A stretch of DNA of 64,000 bases from Spirochaetota bacterium (GCA_965208615.1 CBDBPB010000004.1:192001-256000); one strand, 5' to 3'; positions 41,933-51,579 are shown, numbered from the stretch's first letter. The notes: a model not told the origin generated them from the letters alone. A program made the numbers and translations.

Positions 41933-42499
41933 ATGAAAAACCGCTGTAACTGGGTTACTAAGGATGATATTTATATATCCTATCACGATTATGAGTGGGG
42001 TGTTCCTGAATATGATAGCTATAAGTTATTTGAACACCTAATATTAGATAGCCATCAAGCCGGACTATCTTGGTTAACCATATTAAAAAAAAGGGATAAT
42101 TATAGAATGGCTTTTGATAATTTTGATCCTAATAAAATCGCTCTATACGATGATTATAAAATCCTTAGTTTGCTTAATGATAAAGGGATTATCAGAAACA
42201 AGCTAAAAATTAATTCTACTATTCATAATGCCAAAGCATTTTTAAACATCCAAAAAGAGACTACTAGTTTTAGTAATTATATATGGTCATTTACTGGCGG
42301 TAGAACAAAGAATAGTAGTTATTCTTCTAGTGAGGATATACCAACAAAAACTCCAGAGTCCGAGTCTATGGCTAAGGGGCTTAAAAATTGGGGATTTAAA
42401 TTCATTGGACCAACTATTTGTTATGCTTTTATGCAGGCCGTAGGAATGGTTAACGACCATACAACTGACTGTTTTAGATATTATGAACTTTTGGAGTAA
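41933..42499 (+). CDS. tag: DNA-3-methyladenine glycosylase I
   Basis: RCNW, YHDYEWG, QAGLSW, IIRNKLKI, GMVNDHTTDC. Confidence 0.96.
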   Translation: MKNRCNWVTKDDIYISYHDYEWGVPEYDSYKLFEHLILDSHQAGLSWLTILKKRDNYRMAFDNFDPNKIALYDDYKILSLLNDKGIIRNKLKINSTIHNAKAFLNIQKETTSFSNYIWSFTGGRTKNSSYSSSEDIPTKTPESESMAKGLKNWGFKFIGPTICYAFMQAVGMVNDHTTDCFRYYELLE

Positions 42500-42503
42500 T
42501 CTT

Positions 42504-43220
42504 ATGGATAGGGATAGATTAAAGACTATATTTAATAATATTGATCTTATCATTTTTGACATAGACGGCGTCTTGGTAGATGTTAGTACCTCCTATAGAA
42601 AAGCAATTAAAAAAACTGCTGAATATTTTAATGCTGGTGAGATTACTAAAAATGACATACAACTACTAAAAGATGAGGGTGGATTTAATAATGACTGGGA
42701 TCTAACTTATGAATTACTTAAACGCAGGGGTATATCTATACCTATGAATGATGTTATTACTCGCTTTCAGTCATACTATTGGAGTAATAATGGTGATGGA
42801 CTTATACTTAATGAAAAGTGGCTCCTTAATAAAGACATTTTGGATAAGCTATCCAAGGTTTATCGCTTAGCTATTTTCACTGGTAGACCTAAAATAGAGG
42901 CTAACTTTGTGTTGAAAAAAAACACGGCATCTAATTACTTTAGCCCTGTTATAGCTATGGAAGACGTTACTAATGGTAAACCTGATCCAGAGGGTATAAA
43001 TACTATATGTAATTCCCTTGATATTGGCTTTGAAAAAGTTTGTTATTTAGGGGATACTCTTGATGATATTAACTGTGCCAAAAGTGCTAGAGTTGTTCCT
43101 ATTGGCGTTATCCCCCCTGAAATTAACTACGATATTACTACTAGGTTTTATAAAGTGGGAGCATTTGGTGTTTTAAACAGTGTTAACGATTTAATTTATT
43201 ATCTTAATAAAACTTACTAA
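42504..43220 (+). CDS. HAD-superfamily hydrolase (TIGR01548-like)
   Basis: FDIDGVLVD, GGFNNDWD, FTGRP, KPDPEG, GDTLDD; GGAG before ATG 42504. Confidence 0.88.
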   Translation: MDRDRLKTIFNNIDLIIFDIDGVLVDVSTSYRKAIKKTAEYFNAGEITKNDIQLLKDEGGFNNDWDLTYELLKRRGISIPMNDVITRFQSYYWSNNGDGLILNEKWLLNKDILDKLSKVYRLAIFTGRPKIEANFVLKKNTASNYFSPVIAMEDVTNGKPDPEGINTICNSLDIGFEKVCYLGDTLDDINCAKSARVVPIGVIPPEINYDITTRFYKVGAFGVLNSVNDLIYYLNKTY

Positions 43221-43308
43221 ACAAAGTTTTTTTTATCAATATGTTAGAATATTTGTTAACTTTATGGTATATTAAATATTAGTATACAAGTTAAAAAGGG
43301 CAAATAAA

Positions 43309-44025
43309 ATGAAAAAGCTATTTATTACAACATTCTTAGCTTTACTACTACAAAGCGATGTTGTACTGGCATATATTAATAGCGATCTTTTTTATTCGGT
43401 AAAAAAAGGCTACTACAGAAAAGTAGAAAGCCTAATAAAAAAAGGGGCTAATATTAACTCCAAGGATAATAATAATGATACCCCCTTACATTGGGCGGCC
43501 TATAAGGGTCATAGGGAAATAGTAAAACTCTTGATATACAAAGGTGCTAATGTTAAAGCAATAAATATCTACGGTAATACTTCCCTACATTTAGCTGTCA
43601 AAAATGGTCATATAAAAGTCGCTGTCATACTGATATACAAAGGTGCAAGCGTTAGGGCTAAGGCTAATAATGGTGATACCCCACTACATTGGGTGTCTAA
43701 ATCTGGAAATATAGAGTTAGCCAACTTATTACTATATAAAGGAGCTAATATTAAGGCTGTAAATATTCATGGTGCCACTCCTTTGCACTTTGCCGCACGA
43801 TGGGGTAATATAAAAATAGTAAAACTATTACTATCAAAGGGTGCTAATATTGAAGCACTAGATAATAACGGTAATACCCCTCTACACCTAGCCGTCAATA
43901 TAGACCATATAGAGTTAGTCAAATTACTACTATCCAAAAAAGCCAACACTAAAATAATAAATAATTACGGTAAAACTCCGTATGATCTAGCTAAGTCCGA
44001 AAAGCTTAAGAAATTACTTAAATAA
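43309..44025 (+). CDS. exported ankyrin-repeat protein
   Basis: Signal peptide; five TPLH/TSLH ankyrin repeats plus caps. Confidence 0.92.
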   Translation: MKKLFITTFLALLLQSDVVLAYINSDLFYSVKKGYYRKVESLIKKGANINSKDNNNDTPLHWAAYKGHREIVKLLIYKGANVKAINIYGNTSLHLAVKNGHIKVAVILIYKGASVRAKANNGDTPLHWVSKSGNIELANLLLYKGANIKAVNIHGATPLHFAARWGNIKIVKLLLSKGANIEALDNNGNTPLHLAVNIDHIELVKLLLSKKANTKIINNYGKTPYDLAKSEKLKKLLK

Positions 44026-44069
44026 TAAATATAGCATTTTATGACTTTTAGAGAGTTTATTATACATTT

Positions 44070-45032
44070 ATGTTTACCATTGCACTAAAAACATTTTATG
44101 TTATCTCCCCTATTTTACTAATCGTATTTATGGGTTATTTAGCTGGTAGAATAGGCTGGATAAAAGAATCAGGTATAAAAAGTTTAACTAAAATTGTTTT
44201 TTACATAGGCTTACCCGCACTACTCATAGATGAGATATCCCGTATTAACATGTCAGAACTGCTAAACCTAAGAGGACCTATTGTATTAGTTATAACATCC
44301 TCTGTTATGGGTACTATAGGCTATATAACGGCTGTTTTAAAAAAGCTTCCCCCCAGTCACAGAGGAGTATGGGCATTATCCTCATTCAGGGCTAATATGG
44401 CATTCATAGGCTTGCCAGTAGCCTTAAATGCCCTTGGACAAGAAGGACTTAAATATTGTGCTCTAGTCTTGATGGTAGGGGTAACTATATTTAATATTCT
44501 AACCATATTTTTTTTACTGTTAGCCAACAAAAACACAGTCGGCCGTTTTAGCTGGTGGACTATTATAAAAGAAATACTTACTAACCCCCTTATTATAGGA
44601 TCAGTCATCGGATTCCTGTTTTCTTTTATAAGACCAAATGAACTACCCATAGTTGACCTTACTCTTTCTACCCTAAAGAAAATCCCTTTACCACTGGCAT
44701 TAATAGCTATAGGTGCAAGACTAAAGATCAAAAAAAGCATTATTAATTTGCCAAAACTTTTCATACCAGTTATGTATAAGTTATTGCTTACCCCTATATT
44801 AGGAGGTATACTCCTTTATTTATTTGGAGCTAAGCCACTAGACTTCGTATCCACTATTTTATTACTAAGTTCACCTGTAGCCATTATTAGCTATGTTATG
44901 GTGCTAGAGATGGGTGGAGATAGTGAATCATCCGCTAATATCATATTGACCACTACTTTTTTAAGCTTTTTTTCACTGAGTATAATATTATTTATACTGG
45001 GTTTACTCGGAATATGGAAACCTCTTATTTAA
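44070..45032 (+). CDS. AEC (auxin efflux carrier) family transporter
   Basis: About 10 TM segments; SFRANMAFIGLPV, ILTNPLIIG, LPLALIAIGA. Confidence 0.88.
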   Translation: MFTIALKTFYVISPILLIVFMGYLAGRIGWIKESGIKSLTKIVFYIGLPALLIDEISRINMSELLNLRGPIVLVITSSVMGTIGYITAVLKKLPPSHRGVWALSSFRANMAFIGLPVALNALGQEGLKYCALVLMVGVTIFNILTIFFLLLANKNTVGRFSWWTIIKEILTNPLIIGSVIGFLFSFIRPNELPIVDLTLSTLKKIPLPLALIAIGARLKIKKSIINLPKLFIPVMYKLLLTPILGGILLYLFGAKPLDFVSTILLLSSPVAIISYVMVLEMGGDSESSANIILTTTFLSFFSLSIILFILGLLGIWKPLI

Positions 45033-45136
45033 GAATATTGACATATTATACATAATACAAATATACTTATTAGTTATAACTTATTGTATATATATTAATA
45101 AGCTTATAATCATCTTGGTGTAGTTTATAATAAAGC

Positions 45137-45165
45137 TTGACTTTTTATTATAGTTATATTATTAT
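45137..45165 (+). promoter_or_regulatory. putative sigma70 promoter TTGACT-N17-TATTAT for the small ORF
   Basis: About 30 nt upstream of ATG 45197; a second candidate TTGACA-N18-TATACT lies at 45038..45067. Confidence 0.45.
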
Positions 45166-45196
45166 TTTCTTGATATATACACCTTAGGAGATAGGC

Positions 45197-45325
45197 ATGA
45201 AATTAACATTAACTATATTATTTAGTTTATTTTTTACATTTTTTGTTCTTACGGGCTTAGAAGCTAATAAAAAAACCGTAGCAAAAGAAGCTGGTATAGC
45301 TTTAGCCAAAGACATTATTAAGTAA
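45197..45325 (+). CDS. 42-aa small secreted or membrane peptide (below ORF-track cutoff)
   Basis: Translated by hand: MKLTLTILFSLFFTFFVLTGLEANKKTVAKEAGIALAKDIIK*; AGGAG RBS 6 nt upstream; own promoter. Confidence 0.65.
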   Translation: MKLTLTILFSLFFTFFVLTGLEANKKTVAKEAGIALAKDIIK

Positions 45326-45470
45326 AACCTTAACTATATTAACAATCAAAGGCATAACAATTTATACAATTAGTAGTTGTATGATAATAAATACTAATTA
45401 TGTTAACCCATAGACTCTATAAGTTAAAGAGCAAGATGATTAGGCTATTACCTATATTTATTGTTACTTA

Positions 45471-46523
45471 TTACTTCTTCCAACATTGTGGATCTGGAGA
45501 AAAATAATTATTATTATGCCCGTATGATACAGCAGGACATCCTCTACAATAGTTTAGCAGTTCACAATTAGCACACTTTTCTAGTAGATGATGTTCTCTA
45601 TATTTATTCAGCTCTTTCGAGTAGATAAATATATCATATAGGGAATTATTATTAACATTTCCTATCATGCTTGGGAACCTCCTACAAGCATATACCCATC
45701 CATTAGCCAGTATTACCATAAAGTTTATACCTATACCGCATCCACCCATCACTTTTTTATTATGTTTATCTATAGTCATAATTCCGAGTTCATAGTGCAG
45801 AAGTTTCCACAGGTGATCCTTTAGAACTAATTGAGTTTTAGTTTTATTAAGTTTATGTTTTTCATTTATTAGGTGTATATCCATTAAAAGTTGTCTATAC
45901 TCCTCCGGACTAAGGGATAGTTCAAGGTTTTTACCTTTGCCTACTTCGCTTATTCTGGCGAATATAAATTTATCCACTTTTCTTTCAGTCATTAACTCCA
46001 TAAGGGGGATTAAATCATCCTTATTACTCTTTGACAGGGTAAACATTATATGGGTTTCTATATTGGCGTTTTTAAGGTGATCTATTGCCTTAATGGTTTG
46101 ATCAAAGCTCCCTAATTTCCTTAGTTTATCGTGGGTATTTTTTAGTCCATCCAGACTAAGCTGATATTTTTTAACTCCCAGTTCTTTTAACTTATTGGAT
46201 GTATGTTTATTTATATGTGTTGGATTGCCCAATATGCCTATTCTTATATTATTTTTATTAGCGTAGGCAAGTATATCAAAGAAATCTGATCTAATAAGCG
46301 GATCACCACCAGAAAAGTTAATCATCGGCAATATATTCTGATTAAACCTCTTGGATAGCTTATTAGTAAATATTATAAAGTCGTTAATAAGGTCTATACA
46401 CTTAGTCAGGGGTAAGATGTTATTACGTTCTGAGTTATAGCTTTCACTTTCGTGCATGTAGCAGTGTTGACAGTAGTAATCGCATTCAGCCGTAATATGC
46501 CATTGTAATATAAACCTTTTCAT
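45471..46523 (-). CDS. radical SAM/SPASM-domain protein (putative peptide/protein maturase)
   Basis: FILQWHITAECDYYCQHC (CxxxCxxC), FSGGDP, QLSLDG; SPASM CGIG..GWVYAC and CANCELLNYCRGC..DPQCW; ATG 46523 overlaps the upstream TAA (TAATG). Confidence 0.93.
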   Translation of the reverse strand: MKRFILQWHITAECDYYCQHCYMHESESYNSERNNILPLTKCIDLINDFIIFTNKLSKRFNQNILPMINFSGGDPLIRSDFFDILAYANKNNIRIGILGNPTHINKHTSNKLKELGVKKYQLSLDGLKNTHDKLRKLGSFDQTIKAIDHLKNANIETHIMFTLSKSNKDDLIPLMELMTERKVDKFIFARISEVGKGKNLELSLSPEEYRQLLMDIHLINEKHKLNKTKTQLVLKDHLWKLLHYELGIMTIDKHNKKVMGGCGIGINFMVILANGWVYACRRFPSMIGNVNNNSLYDIFIYSKELNKYREHHLLEKCANCELLNYCRGCPAVSYGHNNNYFSPDPQCWKK

Positions 46524-47551
46524 TAACTTCCGCATCCACCACAGCTTGAACAGCTACTACAGCTTGAACAACTACTACAACTCGAATCAGAAGAAGAATT
46601 ACTATCATCAAAAAAAGATGTATTATCAAGCCAGCTTTCTCCTGAGTCATAAGATTCAGCAGTATCATCCATTGATTCACTATGATCGCTCCAAATACCG
46701 TCTGATTCAGGATCAACCGATTCACTAAGCTCTCCAGACTCATCCATAGTACCAACAGAATTACCATTATCATCCATAACACCAACACTTGATGGGGGAT
46801 AATAATTATGACTAGTCATCATATCCAAAAACATAAAAGTGAAAAATACATCCATAGGGCTAAAGCCATAATAATATGCGGGTACATGCTCCATAGGCTC
46901 AGACTTGCGGGGATATTTAACACGGTATGAAGATTCAGTATCATCAACCTTAAACCTTTTCTGAAAAGACTTTTCTATATTCTTTGTAAAGTCATCCATA
47001 GTATTTTCCATTTGCTCTTGAAAGCCTAAAAACTTATCCTTACTTATGAATATCTCTTTTTCAATACGACTTTTAAATGCCTCATCGCTTTCATTATTCG
47101 CTCTAGACAACGACATAGGTAAACCCTTAATACTAATCTCAAGAGGCTGCTTACCCTTACTATGAAAACGGTCTAAGTAAATAGTTATGATATATTTAAG
47201 GTTATTATCAAAATGCTCCAATATCATTATAATTTCGTCTATCTCTTCTCTTTTTTCGAGATGGGTTAGGTTATCCAGTGCTATTTGGAGATCATTATCA
47301 ATTCCATCAAGATCCTCATAAACCACCTGATCGTCAACACTTAGCTTAACAATATTTGTAATATTATTTTTCCTTAAGGCTCTGCTTACCTCGTTTATAA
47401 AGGTTAGTATTGTTATATTCTCTCTTTCTTCTACTCTCTCTAAAGAGCCTCCAGTAAGCTTATTCTCTAACTTAGCAAAAAAACCTTTTGGTTTATGAAT
47501 CTTAATTTCTTTATCTTCCAGGTGTACCTTAATTTTACCTTCTAATACCAT
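46523..47551 (-). CDS. protein with acidic low-complexity linker and Cys-repeat tail (SSC)5GGCGS; putative radical SAM substrate
   Basis: 342 aa, AAGGAG RBS; all six Cys lie in the last 18 residues; coupled to the radical SAM gene. Confidence 0.85.
   Translation of the reverse strand: MVLEGKIKVHLEDKEIKIHKPKGFFAKLENKLTGGSLERVEERENITILTFINEVSRALRKNNITNIVKLSVDDQVVYEDLDGIDNDLQIALDNLTHLEKREEIDEIIMILEHFDNNLKYIITIYLDRFHSKGKQPLEISIKGLPMSLSRANNESDEAFKSRIEKEIFISKDKFLGFQEQMENTMDDFTKNIEKSFQKRFKVDDTESSYRVKYPRKSEPMEHVPAYYYGFSPMDVFFTFMFLDMMTSHNYYPPSSVGVMDDNGNSVGTMDESGELSESVDPESDGIWSDHSESMDDTAESYDSGESWLDNTSFFDDSNSSSDSSCSSCSSCSSCSSCGGCGS
46526..46585 (-). repeat. 9-bp imperfect repeat encoding (SSC)5-GGC-GS
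   Basis: Cys codons every 9 nt at 46532, 46541, 46550, 46559, 46568 and 46577, with varied Ser codons. Confidence 0.9.
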
Positions 47552-47700
47552 ACTATTCTCCTTGTTAAGGATATTTTATAAATAAATATAGCAATAATTC
47601 TTAACAAGTATTAGAATATCATAAAAAAAGTTATATATTAACGACTTATATAGTTATTTTTATAAATTAAAATTATAATCCATAATTCGGAGGCTAATAT

Positions 47701-48111
47701 ATGGATAATTGTATATTTTGTAATATTGCTAAGGGAAATATACCCTCATACAAGCTTTATGAGGACGATTATACCCTAGCTTTCCTTGACGCATATCCAG
47801 GGGGCAAGGGACATACTTTAATAATCCCAAAAACTCATTATAAAGACATCTTCGATACCCCAGATGACATATACCATAAAATTATAACCGTTTCTATTAA
47901 GATGGCTAAAAACTTAAAAAAAGCACTAAATTGTGAGGGAGTTAATTTATTACAAAATAGTAAGCCTGCATCGGGTCAGACTGTATTCCACATACATGTG
48001 CATTTATTCCCAAGGTGGATGGGCGATCATACCCTGGGATTATGGACTCCATCTAAAGGGGATAGTGAAAAGTTAAAGGCTATACAAAATACTATTTTAT
48101 CCCATATATAA
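47701..48111 (+). CDS. HIT family nucleotide hydrolase
   Basis: CIFC, GHTLIIPK, GQTVFHIHVHLFPR (HxHxH). Confidence 0.95.
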   Translation: MDNCIFCNIAKGNIPSYKLYEDDYTLAFLDAYPGGKGHTLIIPKTHYKDIFDTPDDIYHKIITVSIKMAKNLKKALNCEGVNLLQNSKPASGQTVFHIHVHLFPRWMGDHTLGLWTPSKGDSEKLKAIQNTILSHI

Positions 48112-48126
48112 AAATATTAAAAAAAA

Positions 48127-48147
48127 GCTATGATTTTTAATCATAGC
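48127..48147. terminator. intrinsic terminator (U-tract on the minus strand)
   Basis: GCTATGATT-ttt-AATCATAGC, preceded by an A-run, between convergent genes. Confidence 0.7.
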
Positions 48148-48246
48148 ATTATTTTGAAGGAGAAATTTATATTTAAGAGACATCTCACATATTAAAACAC
48201 ATAACAGGATTAGTTATTCCTAATTATAAAAGATTATATAAGCCAT

Positions 48247-48954
48247 TTATCTTAGGATTTTTATAATCTTATTTTTAATTAGTCTTACATGGTTTGAGGC
48301 CTCTTTGAGTAAGGATAAATGACTAATTTTAATTAGAGTTTTATAACCCGTTCTTTGAGAGAACTTATTTATTGAGGGATAAAAGTTATATTCCACATGG
48401 ATCTTATTATTTTTCCACACAAACCTGTTGAAACCGTTATATCGGATCTCTTCTTCGATTTTTGCTTTTCCAAGATGCCTTTTCAAGGCCGTTAATATTA
48501 TAAGGGGCTGGGCTATAAAAGAAAAATGCCCTTGGAGTTCTTTGTTATAAAGCTTATCCCTATAGAATAAAAACTTAAATGCTTTTATTGATAGGTTTTT
48601 TATATTCGCCTTATAAGAGGGATATAGATAGTACTCTTTTATTTGAGTCAGGCTAATAAATATATCATTAGGTTTTGGACTTATATAAAAATCTTGATCA
48701 TAGATAGTTTGCTTATTTTTTATTGTTATTGCTTTGATAGTTAGCTTGAGTTTCTTTTCTACAGAGCCTTCTATTGCTTTTATTAAAGTCGGATTATATA
48801 TATTATGAGATAAATGCTTTAATATGTCACTAGGCGATTTATGCAGTGGAATAGATAGAAAGTCGTTTATTAGTTTTCGCTCTATAGTGTTGGAATATAC
48901 AAAATTAGCGGTTATAAAAATATATATTACTACTAGACTTATTATATAATTCAT
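48247..48954 (-). CDS. hypothetical exported protein
   Basis: 235-aa ORF with a hydrophobic N-terminus. Confidence 0.65.
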   Translation of the reverse strand: MNYIISLVVIYIFITANFVYSNTIERKLINDFLSIPLHKSPSDILKHLSHNIYNPTLIKAIEGSVEKKLKLTIKAITIKNKQTIYDQDFYISPKPNDIFISLTQIKEYYLYPSYKANIKNLSIKAFKFLFYRDKLYNKELQGHFSFIAQPLIILTALKRHLGKAKIEEEIRYNGFNRFVWKNNKIHVEYNFYPSINKFSQRTGYKTLIKISHLSLLKEASNHVRLIKNKIIKILR

Positions 48955-49177
48955 GATAGGTTAGTTTATAGTATTAACTGGACTTTTATGTCGGTATAAA
49001 TTGTATTAGCTTAAGATTTTTTTATTAATTTGTATTAGTCAATATTCTAAACTATGCTTTTTAAACTACGGAGAATATAAATTCTTTTACCTTTAAAACC
49101 GATAGCATAGATCAAGTGTCGTATATAATATACTTTTTTATTTATAATTATGATTGTGGTTAAATAACAAAATAGAG

Positions 49178-49819
49178 ATGACTTTAAAGACCTCTAAGCT
49201 ATTGACAGACGGACTTAGTAAACTTAACATTAATTATAATAACAAGATGATAGAACAGTTTTATGATTATCTTAGTTTATATTATGAGTGGAATAAAAAA
49301 GTCAATATATCTTCTATATTAGAAGAGGAGCAAATAATTACTCGTCATTTTCTTGATTCTATCTCTCCATTGGCTTTTCTTAAGGATATAAATATTAAAT
49401 CACTGCCGTGTGTTGACCTAGGGGCAGGTGGAGGATTCCCAGGTATACCTCTAAAAATTATAGAACCAAAAATGGATTTAGACCTTGCTGAAGTTAATAA
49501 AAAAAAGATTTGCTTTTTAAAGAAAGTTATTTTAGATTTAAATCTGAGTAACGTTAATATTATTGATAGTTCTTGTAGTATTCCAAATAAGTCTTATCGA
49601 TTATTACTTACCCGTGCTTTTGGTTCATTGAATAAAATATTAAAAGAGGCTAAAAATTATATTACTAAAGGATATATAGTAGCTTATAAAGGCAGAATAA
49701 ATAAAATAAATAATGAAATAACTGATCTGCCTTCAGAAGTTAGTGATAAATTGTTTATAAAAAGGATTATCTCTCCTTTTTTGAACGAAGAAAGACATAT
49801 CGTTGTTATGAATATTTAA
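49178..49819 (+). CDS. rsmG: 16S rRNA m7G527 methyltransferase
   Basis: WNKKVNISS, RHFLDS, VDLGAGGGFPGIPL, TRAF; lies before parAB; start uncertain (49154 TTG or 49178 ATG). Confidence 0.92.
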   Translation: MTLKTSKLLTDGLSKLNINYNNKMIEQFYDYLSLYYEWNKKVNISSILEEEQIITRHFLDSISPLAFLKDINIKSLPCVDLGAGGGFPGIPLKIIEPKMDLDLAEVNKKKICFLKKVILDLNLSNVNIIDSSCSIPNKSYRLLLTRAFGSLNKILKEAKNYITKGYIVAYKGRINKINNEITDLPSEVSDKLFIKRIISPFLNEERHIVVMNI

Positions 49820-49833
49820 CTGGGAGTAATAAA

Positions 49834-50598
49834 ATGGCTAAAATTATTACAATTGCTAACCAAAAAGGCGGTGTAGGAAAAACTACTACAGCTATTAACT
49901 TGTCTGCTTATCTGGCTCAGCAGGGTAAAAAGGTTCTGACTGTTGATATTGATGCACAGGGTAATACGTGTAGTGGTTTTGGTATTGATAAGCAAAATGA
50001 GGATAATAGTATTTATGAAGTCCTACTAGAAGGTCTACCTATTACTGATGTTATTAAACCCACTATATATGATAATTTATTTATTGTTCCAGTTAACATA
50101 AATCTTGCTGGTGCAGGGGTTGAGTTGATTGATCTAAAAGATAGAGAAACTCGTCTAAAAAAAGCTTTATACAAAATAAGAGATGATTATGATTATATAT
50201 TTATTGATTGTCCTCCATCCTTAGATATTATGACTGTAAACGGCCTTGTTGCAGGTGACTCTGTATTAATTCCATTACAATGTGAGTTTTTTGCTCTAGA
50301 GGGCTTGGCACAGCTTCTTAAAACTATAAGCCTTCTTCAGAAGGGATTTAACCCTAATCTAAAAATAGAGGGCGTACTTTTAACCATGTATGATAACAGA
50401 ACTAATCTATCTAATCAGGTGGTGAATGAGGCTATTGAGTATTTTAAAGAAAAAGTATATAAAACTATTATTCCAAGAAACGTAAAGCTGGCTGAAGCCC
50501 CTAGCCATGGTAGGCCTATATCTGTATATGAGCCAAACTGTGTTGGGGCTAATAGCTATAAAAAGTTAGCTATGGAGTTTTTGAATTATGGCAACTAA
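49834..50598 (+). CDS. parA: chromosome partitioning ATPase Soj/ParA
   Basis: NQKGGVGKTT, IDCPPS, PLQCEFFALEG, IPRNVKLAEAPSHG. Confidence 0.96.
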   Translation: MAKIITIANQKGGVGKTTTAINLSAYLAQQGKKVLTVDIDAQGNTCSGFGIDKQNEDNSIYEVLLEGLPITDVIKPTIYDNLFIVPVNINLAGAGVELIDLKDRETRLKKALYKIRDDYDYIFIDCPPSLDIMTVNGLVAGDSVLIPLQCEFFALEGLAQLLKTISLLQKGFNPNLKIEGVLLTMYDNRTNLSNQVVNEAIEYFKEKVYKTIIPRNVKLAEAPSHGRPISVYEPNCVGANSYKKLAMEFLNYGN

Positions 50599-51562
50599 AA
50601 AAGTATTAGGTAGAGGATTAGGAGCTCTTCTTGGCAATGATATAAATACTCCATCCGTAGATAGTGATATTAAAATGATTAATATTACTAATATTAATCC
50701 CAACAGTTATCAACCAAGAAAAACTTTTGATGAAAAAAAACTTAATGAACTTGCAAATTCTATTAAAGAAAAGGGACTTATACAACCAGTAATTTTAACT
50801 AAAAAGGATATTGGCTATGAGATTATCGTTGGAGAAAGAAGATGGAGAGCATGTAAGAAAATAGGTTATGAATGTATTCCTGCTATTATAAAAGAGGCAT
50901 CTAGTTATGAACTTTTAGAACTTGCATTAATAGAGAATATCCAACGTGAAGACTTAAACCCTATTGAAGAGGCTAAGAGCTATAAAGAGCTAATTGATAA
51001 CCTAAATCTTACTCAGGAAAAGCTATCTGAAAAAATCGGTAAAAGTAGAGCTTCTATAGCAAATACTCTAAGGCTTTTAAAGTTACCAGACAACGTTCAG
51101 CACGATGTTAGTAATAATTTAATATCCGAAGGCCATGCTAGAACCTTACTTTCTTTAAAGGATAGCAATTATCTTCTTGATGTTAAAGAACTTATAATAT
51201 GTCATAATTTATCTGTTAGGCAAACAGAAAGACTTGTTAATGCTATAAATGGTGGTGCTGTGGTTGATAATAACATTATAGCAACACTTTTTGAAGAAGA
51301 TACGGATAAATTAGCTCACTTATTAGAAGATAGCGTTATTGAAAATAAAAAGAAAGTATCTAATATAGAAAAGGATATATACGACTTTGAGCTTGAAGGT
51401 ATTGGAAAAGTAAAAGAAATGAAGTTTAAACTTGAAAATATATTTAATACTACGGTGAATATAAAGAATAAGCCTTTTACTAATAACGGTAAGATAGAGA
51501 TAAAATATAAAAATAAAGATGATCTAAGAAGGATTATCAGCAAACTGGGTATTAATTCATAA
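50588..51562 (+). CDS. parB: chromosome partitioning protein ParB/Spo0J
   Basis: LGRGLGALL, QPRK, GERRWRA, IENIQREDLNPIEEA, HTH. Confidence 0.96.
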   Translation: MATKKVLGRGLGALLGNDINTPSVDSDIKMINITNINPNSYQPRKTFDEKKLNELANSIKEKGLIQPVILTKKDIGYEIIVGERRWRACKKIGYECIPAIIKEASSYELLELALIENIQREDLNPIEEAKSYKELIDNLNLTQEKLSEKIGKSRASIANTLRLLKLPDNVQHDVSNNLISEGHARTLLSLKDSNYLLDVKELIICHNLSVRQTERLVNAINGGAVVDNNIIATLFEEDTDKLAHLLEDSVIENKKKVSNIEKDIYDFELEGIGKVKEMKFKLENIFNTTVNIKNKPFTNNGKIEIKYKNKDDLRRIISKLGINS

Positions 51563-51579
51563 TTATTTAATAAATATAT

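Noticed and set aside
46523-46525. Selenocysteine read-through at the end of the Cys-tail protein
   Set aside because: The stop codon is TAA, not TGA, and the ORF has no in-frame TGA.
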